From an uncultured Verrucomicrobiae bacterium (GTDB lineage Bacteria; Verrucomicrobiota; Verrucomicrobiia; Chthoniobacterales; Terrimicrobiaceae), in the NCBI GenBank assembly GCA_963706955.1, contig CAVPOC010000008.1:608001-672000 (forward strand): a DNA stretch of 64,000 bases, written 5' to 3'. The translations under genes were made by a program, and so were the position numbers. How positions within the stretch are numbered: the stretch's first letter is position 1; each line of letters opens with the position of its first letter. The notes beneath the pieces were generated by a model. The model did no database searches. It had not been told where the DNA came from and worked only from the letters and a program-made list of their open reading frames with translations. Below, piece by piece: positions 1-10,861 of this stretch.

Positions 1-10
1 GTGTCGTCCG

Positions 11-1093
11 ATGATCGTCCCAGCAGCCGTCCGTTGCTGGGCCGAAATCGACCTGTCCGCCATTCGTTACAACGTGGGCGTGGTGCGAGACAAAATCGGT
101 GAGGGACCGGGAATTCTCGCCGTGGTGAAGGCCAATGCCTACGGACACGGCTCCAGCGAGGTCGCTGCCACCCTCACCGATCTCGTTGACCTCTTTGGAG
201 TGGCCAACGTTGAAGAAGCGCAGCCGCTTGCCGGACTTCGCCGCGACGTTTTGCTGCTGAGCCCGTCAGCACCGGGCGAACGGGCGGAGGTCGTCGCCCG
301 GCGCTATATTGCCACAGTCTCCAGCGCAGCGGAAGCAGCGCACTTCGCCGGCGGCAGGGTCAACTTTAAGATTGACACCGGCATGGGGCGAATCGGCTGT
401 CCAGAACGGAATGCCTTGGAAGAACTAGAGGCTCTTCAGCGGCTGAAGACAGTTAAGGTGCACAGCATTTCCACCCATCTCCCCGTTTCGGACGAAGACG
501 CAGACTACACACGTCTTCAGCTGAACCGCTTTGGGGATCTGGCAATCAGGCTACGGGCGCTCGCCCCGAACGCGAAAATTCACGTCTTGAATAGCGCGGG
601 CATTCTCGGATTCCCCGGTCATGCGCACGATTTGGTACGGCCAGGACTAATGCTGTATGGCAGCGCCTACCCCTCGGAATTTCAACCGTTCTTGCGCCCG
701 GCTCTCACCTGGAAAGCCAGAATTTTGCTCGTCCGTGAGGTTGGCCCAAACCAAAGTGTGAGCTACGGAAGGACGTTCATCACCCCACATGCGATGCGCA
801 TCGCAGCAGTAGCAGTAGGTTATGCCGATGGCTTCCCGCGACAGGTTTCAGGTCGCAACGCTCAGGTACTTGTGGGCGGGAAGCGCTGTCCGATCCTCGG
901 CCGAGTGACGATGGACCAAATCCTTGCCGACGTGACTTCGCTGCCTGAAATCAACCCGGGCGACGAAGCCGTCCTGATCGGAGATCAAGGAAACGAGAGT
1001 ATTCTCGCGCGAGAACTAGCCGAACAGGCGGGCACCATCTCTTGGGATATCTTCACAAGCATCGGGAACCGCACGCACAGGTTCTATTGCTGA
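11..1093 (+). CDS. alr: Alanine racemase
   Basis: AVVKANAYGHG PLP-lysine motif, KIDTGMGRIG, GYADG, GRVTMDQ. Confidence 0.96.
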   Translation: MIVPAAVRCWAEIDLSAIRYNVGVVRDKIGEGPGILAVVKANAYGHGSSEVAATLTDLVDLFGVANVEEAQPLAGLRRDVLLLSPSAPGERAEVVARRYIATVSSAAEAAHFAGGRVNFKIDTGMGRIGCPERNALEELEALQRLKTVKVHSISTHLPVSDEDADYTRLQLNRFGDLAIRLRALAPNAKIHVLNSAGILGFPGHAHDLVRPGLMLYGSAYPSEFQPFLRPALTWKARILLVREVGPNQSVSYGRTFITPHAMRIAAVAVGYADGFPRQVSGRNAQVLVGGKRCPILGRVTMDQILADVTSLPEINPGDEAVLIGDQGNESILARELAEQAGTISWDIFTSIGNRTHRFYC

Positions 1094-1095
1094 CT

Positions 1096-1185
1096 TGTAG
1101 CAGCCATGCCCTCATTGCCGAGGGATTTGGTAGCAGCGAGGTCCTCGTCGCCGAAACCCTCGGCGGTGGGGACGCCGCCGCGACA
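1096..1185. repeat. Cluster of three GTAG-type REP-like palindromes (two on +, one on -)
   Basis: TGTAGCAGCCATGCCCTCATTGCCG (1096), GGTAGCAGCGAGGTCCTCGTCGCCG (1129), reverse TGTCGCGGCGGCGTCCCCACCGCCG (1161-1185); resemble the copies at 20935 and 48412. Confidence 0.75.
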
Positions 1186-1345
1186 TCGTCGGCAGCCAGA
1201 TTTCCGAAAATTTTTTGCCAGAAACCGCTCTCCATTAAGCGATCAACGCTGCATCGAGCTGCCAGCATAGACGGATTGAATCGGCCTGCGAAGATTTGGA
1301 GACGAAAACTAGACATCATGAAAGTTTTGTCTACTGTCCGCCATT

Positions 1346-1774
1346 ATGCCGTCCAAAGATGCTTCCGACTTCACGCCGGAATCGGAAGCGCCCACCGATA
1401 TCGCACCGCTGGGGCGCGCCGGCCGAAAGCCTTCTCATGAATTAACGGCGCCCGAAGACGATGATGTTGCCGACTGGAACGCCATCGCCGCCGATCCGCA
1501 ATTCAAGCAACTCCTCAGCGAAAAGGCCCGTTTCATCCTCCTGGCGACGATCTTTTTTATCATCTACTATTTCACCCTGCCCGTGCTGGTGGGCTGGTTT
1601 CCCGAACTGATGGACCGCAAGGTGATCGGAGAGGTAAATTTGGCGTATCTGTTCGCCCTCTCGCAGTTCTTTATGGCGTGGATTCTCGCCTTTCTCTACG
1701 TAGGGGCCGCCGCTGGTTGGGACCGTCAAGCCGCCGCCCTCATCTCACGGTTTCGCAGGCAACCGCGAGTCTGA
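1346..1774 (+). CDS. DUF485 (YjcH-like) two-TM membrane protein, partner of ActP
   Basis: Two hydrophobic helices, NLAYLFALSQFFMAW motif, directly upstream of an acetate symporter. Confidence 0.85.
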   Translation: MPSKDASDFTPESEAPTDIAPLGRAGRKPSHELTAPEDDDVADWNAIAADPQFKQLLSEKARFILLATIFFIIYYFTLPVLVGWFPELMDRKVIGEVNLAYLFALSQFFMAWILAFLYVGAAAGWDRQAAALISRFRRQPRV

Positions 1775-1898
1775 AGTGCAGACTAATGCTTCGTTCAGGA
1801 GTGCAGTATTCAAGGCGGCGGTCCTCCACCAAGCCAACCCCTTCGAGCCTGTTCTGTGCCCCGCCACTTTGAAATAAAGTCCCTCCCGTAGTCGAAGA

Positions 1899-3554
1899 AT
1901 GACCTCGTTTCTTGCCCAGGCCGCAGCGCCCGCCGAGCGCACCCACGCGGCACTTTTGATGTTTCTGGCTTTTGTCGCGGCGACGCTGATTATCACCTAC
2001 TTCAGCGCGCGGAAATCGTCAGGTTCCAGCGCGTACTTTGCCGCCAACCGCCGCATCAGGGGATGGCAAAATGGTCTCGCCGTGGCCGGCGACTACATGA
2101 GTGCCGCCAGTTTCCTCGGGATTGCGGGCATGATCGCCTTCTTTGGCTATGATGGCTTCATGTATTCAGTCGGCTGGCTGGTGGCCTACCTGACCGTCTT
2201 GATCATAGTTGCCGAACCGCTTCGCAACGCCGGAAAATACACCATGGCGGATCTGCTGGCCTACCGACTCAAACAACGCCCGGTGCGCGCGATGGCGGCG
2301 CTAAGCACGATCACAGTTTCGACCTTCTATATGATCGCGCAGATGGTCGGCGCAGGAGCCTTGGTCAAACTGCTGCTTCCCGGCGTGAGTTTCAATGTAG
2401 CGGTATGTGGTGTCGGCATTCTCATGATCATTTACGTGGTTTTTGGTGGAATGCTTGCCACCACCTGGGTGCAAATCATCAAGGCCGTGTTGCTCATGGG
2501 TGGAAGCATCCTGCTCAGCGTGATGGTCATGGCGCACTTCGGATTCAGCTTCGCGGCCTTCTTCGAAGCAATTTCTCACGTCACCTACCACGTGAAAGGG
2601 CAGGAGGTAACCAAGAACTTTCTCGAACCCGGCCTCAAATTCGGGGCCGCCGTCACCAATGGCTGGGGTCCTCTCGATCTTGTTTCGCTTGGTTTGGCCC
2701 TAGTTTTCGGCACCGCGGGTCTGCCGCATATTCTCGTGCGCTTTTACACCGTGCCGGATGCGAAGACGGCGCGGGTCTCGGTGGTTTGGGCGATGGCGCT
2801 CATCGGGGCCTTTTATATAATGACCACCTTTCTTGGCTTCGGTGCCGCAACAATTCTTACACCGGACCGTATTGTGGTTGATGGCAAGCCGAACGACAAT
2901 ATGGCTGCTCCTCTGCTCGCGCAGGCACTCGGTGGAGAGATCTTCTTCGCGTTCATTTCCGCCGTCGCGTTTGCCACCATTCTCGCGGTGGTCTCGGGGC
3001 TAACCATCTCGGCCAGCACGTCGTTCGCGCACGACTTCTATACAAACGTCATCCATCACGGAAGAGAGCGGTCGCCCGGTGAAGAGGTCCGCGTCGCTCG
3101 CATCACCGCGTTCGTGGTCGGCGCTCTGGCAATTTTCCTCGCCATCCAGCTGCAGACAATCAATGTCGCCTTTCTGGTCGGCCTGGCATTCGCGGTGGCC
3201 GCGAGCGCCAACCTGCCGGTCATCGTGCTGAGCATCTTCTGGAGACGCTTCACAACAGTTGGCGCGGTTTGTGGCCTCGCCGTCGGTCTAGCCGCCAGCA
3301 TTCTCCTGATTCTCCTCAGCCCCTCGATCATGGGAATCGACGCCGCGGATGTTCCCGCCGCCAAACGACATTTGATCCAGGCGGCGCCACTTTTTCCTTT
3401 GACCAACCCCGGCATCATCAGCATTCCCCTTGGCTTCATCGCAGCTATTCTCGGCACCCTCTTCACGCGCGAGCCTAGCGCGGAGGCACAGTTTACCGAA
3501 CTGGTTGTTCGCGCGAACACCGGTCTGGGAGCAGAAAAGGCTACGGTCCATTGA
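1899..3554 (+). CDS. actP: Cation/acetate symporter (sodium:solute symporter family)
   Basis: [48 protein letters not shown]. Confidence 0.92.
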   Translation: MTSFLAQAAAPAERTHAALLMFLAFVAATLIITYFSARKSSGSSAYFAANRRIRGWQNGLAVAGDYMSAASFLGIAGMIAFFGYDGFMYSVGWLVAYLTVLIIVAEPLRNAGKYTMADLLAYRLKQRPVRAMAALSTITVSTFYMIAQMVGAGALVKLLLPGVSFNVAVCGVGILMIIYVVFGGMLATTWVQIIKAVLLMGGSILLSVMVMAHFGFSFAAFFEAISHVTYHVKGQEVTKNFLEPGLKFGAAVTNGWGPLDLVSLGLALVFGTAGLPHILVRFYTVPDAKTARVSVVWAMALIGAFYIMTTFLGFGAATILTPDRIVVDGKPNDNMAAPLLAQALGGEIFFAFISAVAFATILAVVSGLTISASTSFAHDFYTNVIHHGRERSPGEEVRVARITAFVVGALAIFLAIQLQTINVAFLVGLAFAVAASANLPVIVLSIFWRRFTTVGAVCGLAVGLAASILLILLSPSIMGIDAADVPAAKRHLIQAAPLFPLTNPGIISIPLGFIAAILGTLFTREPSAEAQFTELVVRANTGLGAEKATVH

Positions 3555-3644
3555 TTCCTCGCGAATCGCGAGTATAACTAGCACCGTCCGAAGACGGTTC
3601 CGCTTCTCTGAACGGAAGCCGCAACCTTTGGTCTGATAACCTGT

Positions 3645-4976
3645 ATGTTTTCTCGCCTTTCTGACAAACTTCAGGAGGTCTTCAAAGATCTCCGCGGGCA
3701 TGGCCGCATCAGCGAACAGAACGTAGCCGACGCCCTTCGCGAAGTTCGCCTGGCCCTACTCGAAGCCGACGTTCACTTCCGAGTCGCCAAGGACTTTATT
3801 GCTCGCGTCAAAGACAAAGCCCTGGGCGAGGACGTGCTCCGGAGTGTCACTCCCGGTCAGCAAATCGTCAAAATCTTTCAGGATGAGCTTACTTCCCTTC
3901 TCGGCGGGGATGCTTCACCACTGAACCTCGCTAGCCCCGCGCGAATCCTCATGGTCGGGCTGAATGGCGCCGGTAAGACGACCTCCTCCGCCAAACTGGC
4001 ACGATGGCTCAAAGCGCAAGGCAAAGCCCCTTTGCTCATCGCGTGCGATCTCCAGCGTCCGGCGGCCATCCAGCAGTTGGCGACCTTGGGCCAACAAATC
4101 GGTGTTCGCGTCTTTCAGCCGAAACCCGGCGAGAAAGATCTCCTTGAGGTCAGCCGTCAAGCCGCAGCCTGGTGTGAGCAGGAAGGTGGCAATGTCCAAA
4201 TCTACGATACCGCCGGTCGCCAGGAAATCGACGAGCTCCTTGTCGAAGAACTCCGCCGGCTGAAGGATGCGGTCGCTCCGCAGGAAGTCCTCCTCGTCTG
4301 TGATGCCGCCACCGGCCAGCAGGCCGTCAGTGTGGCTGAACATTTCCACAATGCACTTGGGCTTACCGGAATTGTCCTGACAAAACTCGATGGCGACGCG
4401 CGCGGCGGAGCTGCCCTCTCGCTCCGCGAGGTGACCAAGCAACCTATCAAGTTCGCCGGAGTGGGCGAAAAGCTCGATCAGTTTGAACCGTTCTATCCCG
4501 AACGCCTGGCCGGTCGCATTCTTGGCATGGGTGACGTTGTCAGCCTGGTCGAAAAGGCCGCCGAGGCAATTACCGAGGAAGACGCGCGCCGCATGGAGGA
4601 AAAGCTGCGGACCGCTTCCTTCGATCTGAACGATTTCCTCCACCAGTTTAAGCTGCTGCGCCGCATGGGGCCCTTGGAAAATGTGCTTGGCATGCTTCCA
4701 GGAATGGATAAGCTAAAAGATTCCTCGATTGACGAGAGACAGCTCAAACGGGTGGAGGCAATAGTTCTCTCCATGACTCCGAAGGAACGCGTACGTCCAG
4801 ATATTCTGAACGCGCGACGGCGCCAGAGGGTGGCTCGCGGAAGCGGCTCGACAGTCACCGAGGTCAATAATCTCCTTCTTCGCTTCAACCAGATGCGCAA
4901 GATGATGAAGAAGGCGGGACAAATGAAGAAATTGATGGCCCAAGCCCGCCAGGCCGGAATACCAGGACTTAGCTGA
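3645..4976 (+). CDS. ffh: Signal recognition particle protein
   Basis: LLEADV, GLNGAGKTT, DTAGR, TKLDGDARGG, RILGMGD, Met-rich M domain. Confidence 0.97.
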   Translation: MFSRLSDKLQEVFKDLRGHGRISEQNVADALREVRLALLEADVHFRVAKDFIARVKDKALGEDVLRSVTPGQQIVKIFQDELTSLLGGDASPLNLASPARILMVGLNGAGKTTSSAKLARWLKAQGKAPLLIACDLQRPAAIQQLATLGQQIGVRVFQPKPGEKDLLEVSRQAAAWCEQEGGNVQIYDTAGRQEIDELLVEELRRLKDAVAPQEVLLVCDAATGQQAVSVAEHFHNALGLTGIVLTKLDGDARGGAALSLREVTKQPIKFAGVGEKLDQFEPFYPERLAGRILGMGDVVSLVEKAAEAITEEDARRMEEKLRTASFDLNDFLHQFKLLRRMGPLENVLGMLPGMDKLKDSSIDERQLKRVEAIVLSMTPKERVRPDILNARRRQRVARGSGSTVTEVNNLLLRFNQMRKMMKKAGQMKKLMAQARQAGIPGLS

Positions 4977-5028
4977 GCGCGCGGTTGACGCGAAGGCTAG
5001 TAACTACCAATCTCAAATCAGCAGCACA

Positions 5029-5280
5029 ATGGCAGTGGCAATCCGACTCCGGCGCGAAGGCGCTCGCAATAGTCCGTACTACAAGATCGTGGTCGCAGAC
5101 CAACGCAAGCCGCGCGACGGAAAGTTCATCGAGATTATCGGAACGTATGATCCGAAGAAAAAAGGCGAGAACTTCACGCTCCAGCTTGATCGAGCCGACT
5201 ACTGGGTAAGTGTCGGTGCACGGCCTTCACTTACCGTTGGCAGTATCATCAACAAAGCCCGTAAGAAAGCTACCGCTTGA
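5029..5280 (+). CDS. rpsP: 30S ribosomal protein S16
   Basis: MAVAIRLRR...PRDGKFIEIIGTYDP; follows ffh. Confidence 0.97.
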   Translation: MAVAIRLRREGARNSPYYKIVVADQRKPRDGKFIEIIGTYDPKKKGENFTLQLDRADYWVSVGARPSLTVGSIINKARKKATA

Positions 5281-5294
5281 GCGGGCCCTGACGC

Positions 5295-5525
5295 GTGGAG
5301 GAGTTCCTTCGCTTCGTCATCGGTCAACTCGTCGAATACCCGGACGAGATTATCCTTACGAAGACCGAAACGCCCGATCGCGTGGTTTTTCACCTGACCG
5401 CCCGGAAGAGCGATGTCCCCAGAATCATTGGCAAAGGCGGGCACACCATCCAGGCAATTCGCACGCTTTTGAACGCTTCCGCTCACCGGCGCGGCCAAAA
5501 AGCAAATCTCGAAATCCTCGAATGA
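5295..5525 (+). CDS. khpA: KH-domain RNA-binding protein KhpA
   Basis: IIGKGGHTIQAIRTLL GxxG motif; conserved position after rpsP. Confidence 0.9.
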   Translation: MEEFLRFVIGQLVEYPDEIILTKTETPDRVVFHLTARKSDVPRIIGKGGHTIQAIRTLLNASAHRRGQKANLEILE

Positions 5526-5716
5526 ATATCCGGTTAATCCTATTTGCGTCCGCCCTATGCACCTTAAGTTTCGGGTGCGAGATGCATCCTGTGACCGAGG
5601 AAGAGACCGGTGTCAAGGACCGGGCGAAGGCCTCGGCAGAGTTGCAGAGAGCTCTGGAACCCGAGCCGGCCAACCCGCACCCACCGTCGTTTTTCCCGAC
5701 TCCGCAGGCCGAGTAG
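5522..5716 (+). CDS. Small putative lipoprotein (64 aa)
   Basis: ATGA overlap with the khpA stop; signal peptide ending LSFGC; Pro-rich C-terminus. Confidence 0.6.
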   Translation: MNIRLILFASALCTLSFGCEMHPVTEEETGVKDRAKASAELQRALEPEPANPHPPSFFPTPQAE

Positions 5717-5813
5717 CGCCTCACGGCCAGCTTACTCGGTCCCCTTGAAACCCTGACCTAAGTTGTCAGCACCCTTTTGAAACCCCTTAATTACTGAGCC
5801 TCGACGATATTCC

Positions 5814-7491
5814 GTGATAAAAAAAATCCTCATTCCCCTTCTTGCCATTCTTGTTCTTGTTGCCGCTTACGCTGTTTGGTCACTGAAGGACACTGGACCG
5901 GCCGACGCTGCAGAGCTTGTGCCCGCGGAGACGGTCGCTTTTGCATGCATCCCTGACCTCCCCCGGACCGCCTCACGATGGCCAAAGACAACGCTCGCCA
6001 AGATTGGCGCTGAACCCGAAGTAAAGGCTTTCCTTGAGCGACCTCTCCAATATCTGACCAGCGACCAAGGAGGGAGTGAGGCCGCTGGAATTCTTTGGAA
6101 GCTTAAGCCGGGGCGCATCTTTAGCGCGATGGTTTCGATGACCTCGAACGATGCGACCATACTGGTCGGTTTCCAGTTCTGGGGCGGCAAGAGCGGACAC
6201 GACGTCGCGGTGGCGCGCCTGCGGCGAAGAGCTTTCCAAAGGAAATGCGCCTGCAGAGCTTGTCCGCGAGACCTACAACGGTGTCGAGATTCTCTCCAGC
6301 AAGCACGGCGCTCACACCCTCTACAACGCGAGCGAGGGACAGTGGGGATTTCTCTCGAACAATCTAGATGCCATCAAGGATGCGCTTGATCGAGCGTCCG
6401 GCCGGAAAAAGGAGGGGAACCTTGCGGCGAGCACCGGTTATAAGGAAGTTCTCGAGAAGCTCCTGAAAGATGCCGACTTGCTGTTTTTCTGTCAGCCCCA
6501 GAGCGCTTTGGATGCCTTGCTAGAAGTCGGTTCCTCACTCGGCGCAAAACCCATTCCACAACAGGTCGAACAGCTCAAAAAAGTCGAGGCCGTGGGCGCG
6601 ACCACGATGTTGGACGGCGCAAATCTGCGAGACCGAATTTTTGTTCTCCGCAGAAATCCGCCAGACATCGGCACGCTCAGCCACCACGGCATGAAGCTCA
6701 CCTCGCCGGAAACCATCGCTTACTTCGACTTCGCCAGCGATTTTCGCCAGATCTCCACGGCGACCTCGAATGCCATCACCGCCGGTCTGCTGGATGCGCA
6801 AGCCATCGGGAATTCGCGCCTTCCGCGCTTGATCCCGGAGGGCTTTGGACCCGATTGCGCCATATCGATTTCTTGGACGCCCGAACAAATGACCCCAGCG
6901 GGAGTGATCGCACTGCAGATAAAGGATCAAGCTAAGGCAGATGAGGCAGTCCAGGAGGCGCTCTCACTCCTTCCGGAGGCAAGCGTCACCGAATCCGAAG
7001 GCGTCCGGTATATCAGCTTTCCCTCGTTACAAAGTCCGTTTGCGAATCCGACACTGGCTATGATCGATAAATTTTTGGTTCTGGGCATCAGTTCAGGGGA
7101 GTTGAGTCAGGCGATGCAGTCATTCAAGAGCGGGCAAACCCTGGATAAGGTGCCCGCCTTTGCCGCCGCGGAAACTGCCTATCGCACAGCGAACGAGGTC
7201 TTTGGATACGTGGATACCAAGAGACTCGTTGAGCGCAGCTACCCGCAACTTCGCCAAATCATCATCTTTGGCGCGGCCATCATGCCGGGCGTCAGCGACA
7301 TCATCGATGGCTCGAAGTTGCCTGAAACTGAGACTATCGCCAGGCATCTTCAGCCAATCGTCTACGGACAAACTCGTATCCCGGAAGGTTATCTAATTGA
7401 GTCAAGTGGGCCGATCACCATGAATCACGCCTTCTTGATCGCGGCGGCGGCCGGTGCTTCCCTCTTCAAGCCTGCCACGACCGGTCCATAA
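5814..7491 (+). pseudogene. Membrane-anchored exported hypothetical protein split by a +1 frameshift near 6222
   Basis: ORF 5814-6389 (N-terminal hydrophobic anchor) runs into the 6151-7491 frame if one base is removed in CTGCGGCGAAGAG, giving ...VARLREELSKG...; probably a sequencing error. Confidence 0.7.
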
Positions 7492-7573
7492 GGGCATTTT
7501 GAGGCGGGCAGCCGGAGCAAGATTTGAATTGCAACTTGGCGTCCAATCGTGCGTGTTTAGTGAAATTACCGCC

Positions 7574-7984
7574 ATGAAATCTTCGCACTGGATCGTCTCC
7601 GCCACCGCACTCTTGATCGTGCTTGCAGCCTGTCAAAGCGGCAGCGAGAGCGGCTCTCATCGAGCGCCGGCTCCCAACCGGTTCGGCTACCAGGGGACCC
7701 AATCGACGCAGACCCAGTTCGCCGATGCGCCGCCCACTCCGACACCAACTCCGGCGCCCGAGCCCCCTCCGCCGCAGGATACCGCTCCATCTCCCACGCC
7801 GGAGACGACGGCGGCCACGACAGCTCCGACCCGAGACATTCCCTACGGGACGCCGGTCCCAGGGAAGGTCGGATTCGTGACCAGCCCACACGCGCCTTAC
7901 GCCGGCTACGTTGACGTGCGCGGTTTTCCCCCAGGAACTGAGGTCAAGTGCCCATACACGAATAAAATCTTCCTTGTCCCCTGA
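7574..7984 (+). CDS. Lipoprotein with Pro/Thr linker and a compact C-terminal domain ([16 protein letters not shown]...CPYT)
   Basis: Lipobox LAAC, PT-rich linker, globular C-terminal motif. Confidence 0.8.
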   Translation: MKSSHWIVSATALLIVLAACQSGSESGSHRAPAPNRFGYQGTQSTQTQFADAPPTPTPTPAPEPPPPQDTAPSPTPETTAATTAPTRDIPYGTPVPGKVGFVTSPHAPYAGYVDVRGFPPGTEVKCPYTNKIFLVP

Positions 7985-8811
7985 GCACGGTCGCCATTCT
8001 TGGCCCCGGCCTGATTGGCGGTTCGCTCGCGCTGGCGCTGCAATGGCGGCGCCCAAACTGGAACCTTCGAGTGTGGGCGCGCTCACCACAGTCGACGGAA
8101 AACGCCCGCAAGTTTTTCCCGACGGTCTCCTCGGATGCGGCCGAGGTGGTCTCGGGTAGCGATATTTGCGTCTTGTGCACGCCGATTGGCGCGATGCCCG
8201 AGCTTGCCCGTCAACTGGCTCCGCTGCTTGCCCCAACGGCGACCGTCACGGATGTAGGCAGTGTCAAAGCGGGAATAGTTAGACAATTGGAAGCAATCTT
8301 GGGCAGCCGATTCGTCGGCTCCCATCCGATGGCTGGCTCTGAGCAAAGTGGCCTCGGCGCTGCCAGAGCAAATCTTTTTGAGGGCGCAGTTTGCATCCTC
8401 ACTCCGACGGGAAACTCGGCGCCCGACAAGATCCAAGCGCTTCGCGACCTGTGGGAATCTGTTGGATGTCGGATCGTTGAAATGACGCCGCAGGACCACG
8501 ACGAACGGATCGCCTGCGTAAGTCATCTGCCGCACGCGATTGCGGCGACCCTCGTGAATGCCGTTCACCTGCGAATTCCGGATGTCGACTGCATCGCCGG
8601 AGGCGGATACCGCGATACAACCCGCATCGCCGCGGGGCCAGCCGCCATGTGGCGGGAGATTCTTCTTGAAAACCGCACGGCTTTGCTGGCGGGATTGGAG
8701 GACTTTACTTCCACGCTCGAGAAGATGAAGGAACTGATCCACCGGGCCGATTCCGCAGAGTTGGAGTTGTTCCTTGAGCGCGCCCGGGCAATTCGCCAGG
8801 ATCTGCCATGA
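7981..8811 (+). CDS. tyrA: Prephenate/arogenate dehydrogenase (apparent CTG start)
   Basis: [12 protein letters not shown]ossmann motif in frame upstream of the called [30 protein letters not shown]. Confidence 0.92.
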   Translation: MSTVAILGPGLIGGSLALALQWRRPNWNLRVWARSPQSTENARKFFPTVSSDAAEVVSGSDICVLCTPIGAMPELARQLAPLLAPTATVTDVGSVKAGIVRQLEAILGSRFVGSHPMAGSEQSGLGAARANLFEGAVCILTPTGNSAPDKIQALRDLWESVGCRIVEMTPQDHDERIACVSHLPHAIAATLVNAVHLRIPDVDCIAGGGYRDTTRIAAGPAAMWREILLENRTALLAGLEDFTSTLEKMKELIHRADSAELELFLERARAIRQDLP

Positions 8812-10214
8812 GCTCGGATGTATTGCGCGTCAGACGGGCACCACGGCTGGAAACCGAAATTGTGGTGCCCGGCGACAAGAGCATATCCCATCGAGCCATC
8901 ATGCTCGCCGCGCTCTCCAACGGCGTTTGCAAGATCACGAATTTTCTCGAAGGAGAGGATTGTCTCAGCACCATCAAGGCGTTCCAACAACTGGGCGTAA
9001 CCATCGAGCGTCCTGACACGGGACTTGTAGTGGTTTACGGGTCTCACGGAAAACTCATCGCCTCAGAAGGCGACATCGATTGCGGAAATTCCGGGACGAC
9101 AATGCGACTCCTTTCCGGAATCCTTGCTGCGCAGCCCTTTGCCACTCGGCTTATTGGCGACGATTCCCTTTCCAAGCGGCCGATGCGCAGAGTTGTCGAA
9201 CCACTCACCCAAATGGGGGCAAGCATCACCGCGCTTGGAGCGAACGATTGTGCCCCCCTTGTCATCCGTGGGGCGCCACTGCACGGTATCACCTACAGCC
9301 CGCCGATAGCCAGCGCTCAAGTCAAGAGCGCAATTCTCTTCGCCGGTCTTTACGCAGACGGGGTCACGACGGTGGTCGAGCCGTTTCCAAGTCGCGATCA
9401 TACCGAACGCATGCTCGAGTATTTTCTCGTCAAGCTTCGGCGAGAAGAAGTCCGGACCGAGCGGAGCCGGAAATCGCAGGAATACCGCGTCTCCATGCTC
9501 GGTCAGCAACAGATCGAATCGCGGGATTTTGTAGTGCCGGGTGATATCTCGAGCGCCGCATTCTGGTTGGTGACCGCCGCCTGCCAGCCTGGTTCTCGCC
9601 TGCTCGTAAAGAACGTCGGACTAAATCCTACTCGAACCGGGATCCTCGACGTGCTGGTCCGAATGGGTGCTCGTGTCCGAGAGGTCGTCGAGAGCGTCGA
9701 GGAAGGAGAGCCCTCCGGTATCATTGACATCAAGGGGGATTCACTCACCGGAACAGTCATCGAAGGCAGCGAGGTGCCAAACGTTATCGACGAGCTACCG
9801 ATCTTGGCTGTCGCCGGCGCACTGGCGCAGGGGAGGACAATCATTCGAGATGCGAAGGAGCTCAGGGTTAAGGAGACGGACCGTATCGCCGCCATCGCCG
9901 AAAATCTGCGGGCGATGGGTGTGGAAGTTCAGGAGGCTGACGATGGCATGACAATCTATGGCGGCGGCAAACTCAGTGGGGCTACCTTGCCGAGCTTTGG
10001 TGATCACCGGATTGCCATGGCCTTCGCGATCGCGGGTCTTTTTGCCACGGGTTCCACCATCATCGAAGATGTCGGTTGCATCCGGACATCCTATCCGCAG
10101 TTCGAGTCGATTTTGATGCATCTCCAAAGAGGAGATCGCACGCTCCGACATCCAACGCCGGTGATTTCCTCGCTCGTCGGAAAGCGGCGAACGTTCCGAT
10201 CTTTCCTGAAGTGA
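8808..10214 (+). CDS. aroA: 3-phosphoshikimate 1-carboxyvinyltransferase
   Basis: PGDKSISHRA, GNSGTTMRL, SAQVKSA, RDHTERML, LRVKETDRI, DHRIAM. Confidence 0.97.
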   Translation: MSSDVLRVRRAPRLETEIVVPGDKSISHRAIMLAALSNGVCKITNFLEGEDCLSTIKAFQQLGVTIERPDTGLVVVYGSHGKLIASEGDIDCGNSGTTMRLLSGILAAQPFATRLIGDDSLSKRPMRRVVEPLTQMGASITALGANDCAPLVIRGAPLHGITYSPPIASAQVKSAILFAGLYADGVTTVVEPFPSRDHTERMLEYFLVKLRREEVRTERSRKSQEYRVSMLGQQQIESRDFVVPGDISSAAFWLVTAACQPGSRLLVKNVGLNPTRTGILDVLVRMGARVREVVESVEEGEPSGIIDIKGDSLTGTVIEGSEVPNVIDELPILAVAGALAQGRTIIRDAKELRVKETDRIAAIAENLRAMGVEVQEADDGMTIYGGGKLSGATLPSFGDHRIAMAFAIAGLFATGSTIIEDVGCIRTSYPQFESILMHLQRGDRTLRHPTPVISSLVGKRRTFRSFLK

Positions 10215-10861
10215 AGATTGTCGTCGCGATCGACGGTCCAGCCGCTTCAGGAAAGAGCAGCGTTGCGAGAAGGGTTTCCAAGCGGCTCGGGATCTCTTAC
10301 ATCGATTCCGGCGCGTTCTATCGTGCGATCACCTGGTGGGTGTTGCGCGCCAACACGGATCCGGCGGCGGTGCATGATGTCTCGGCGATCGTCGCCGAAA
10401 GCCAACTCGAGTCGGGATTCGAAGGCGACGAGGGGTACCTCCGGATCGGAGAGACTGATCCGCGGACGCACCTTCGCGACGAGGATGTTAATCGCGCGGT
10501 TTCTCCAGTCTCGATTGTTCCCTCGGTGCGAGAATGCCTGACGAGTCATTTGCGCCAGCTTGCCGAGCTGCGCGATGTGGTAGTCGTAGGACGTGATATT
10601 GGATCGGTGGTTTTTCCGGATACACCTTTCAAGTTCTACATTGATGCATCCCCACACGTCCGCCAGCAGCGACGGAGCGCCGAAGGCCAAGACGATGAAA
10701 TTGCCACGCGCGATCGCATCGACTCAGGGAGAGCGACCGCTCCCTTAACGATCCCGCGCGGCGCGATTGTTATCGACACCACCCACTTGAGTGTCGACGA
10801 GGTGGTGGATGAGATGATCCATCAGCTGAACGCGAGAGGACTGGCCATCGCGCAGCCATGA
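10211..10861 (+). CDS. cmk: Cytidylate kinase
   Basis: AIDGPAASGKS, DSGAFYRA, GRDIGSVVFP; GTGA overlap with the aroA stop. Confidence 0.94.
   Translation: MKIVVAIDGPAASGKSSVARRVSKRLGISYIDSGAFYRAITWWVLRANTDPAAVHDVSAIVAESQLESGFEGDEGYLRIGETDPRTHLRDEDVNRAVSPVSIVPSVRECLTSHLRQLAELRDVVVVGRDIGSVVFPDTPFKFYIDASPHVRQQRRSAEGQDDEIATRDRIDSGRATAPLTIPRGAIVIDTTHLSVDEVVDEMIHQLNARGLAIAQP

Noticed and set aside
1096..1185. Mini CRISPR array
   Set aside because: The units are degenerate, partly inverted, separated by only 7-8 nt, and there are no cas genes; this fits REP elements.
3555..3644. Hairpins upstream of ffh (ACCGTC-CGAA-GACGGT) as a possible SRP RNA
   Set aside because: No GGAA tetraloop with the conserved CAGG/AGCA internal loop, and the region is too short.
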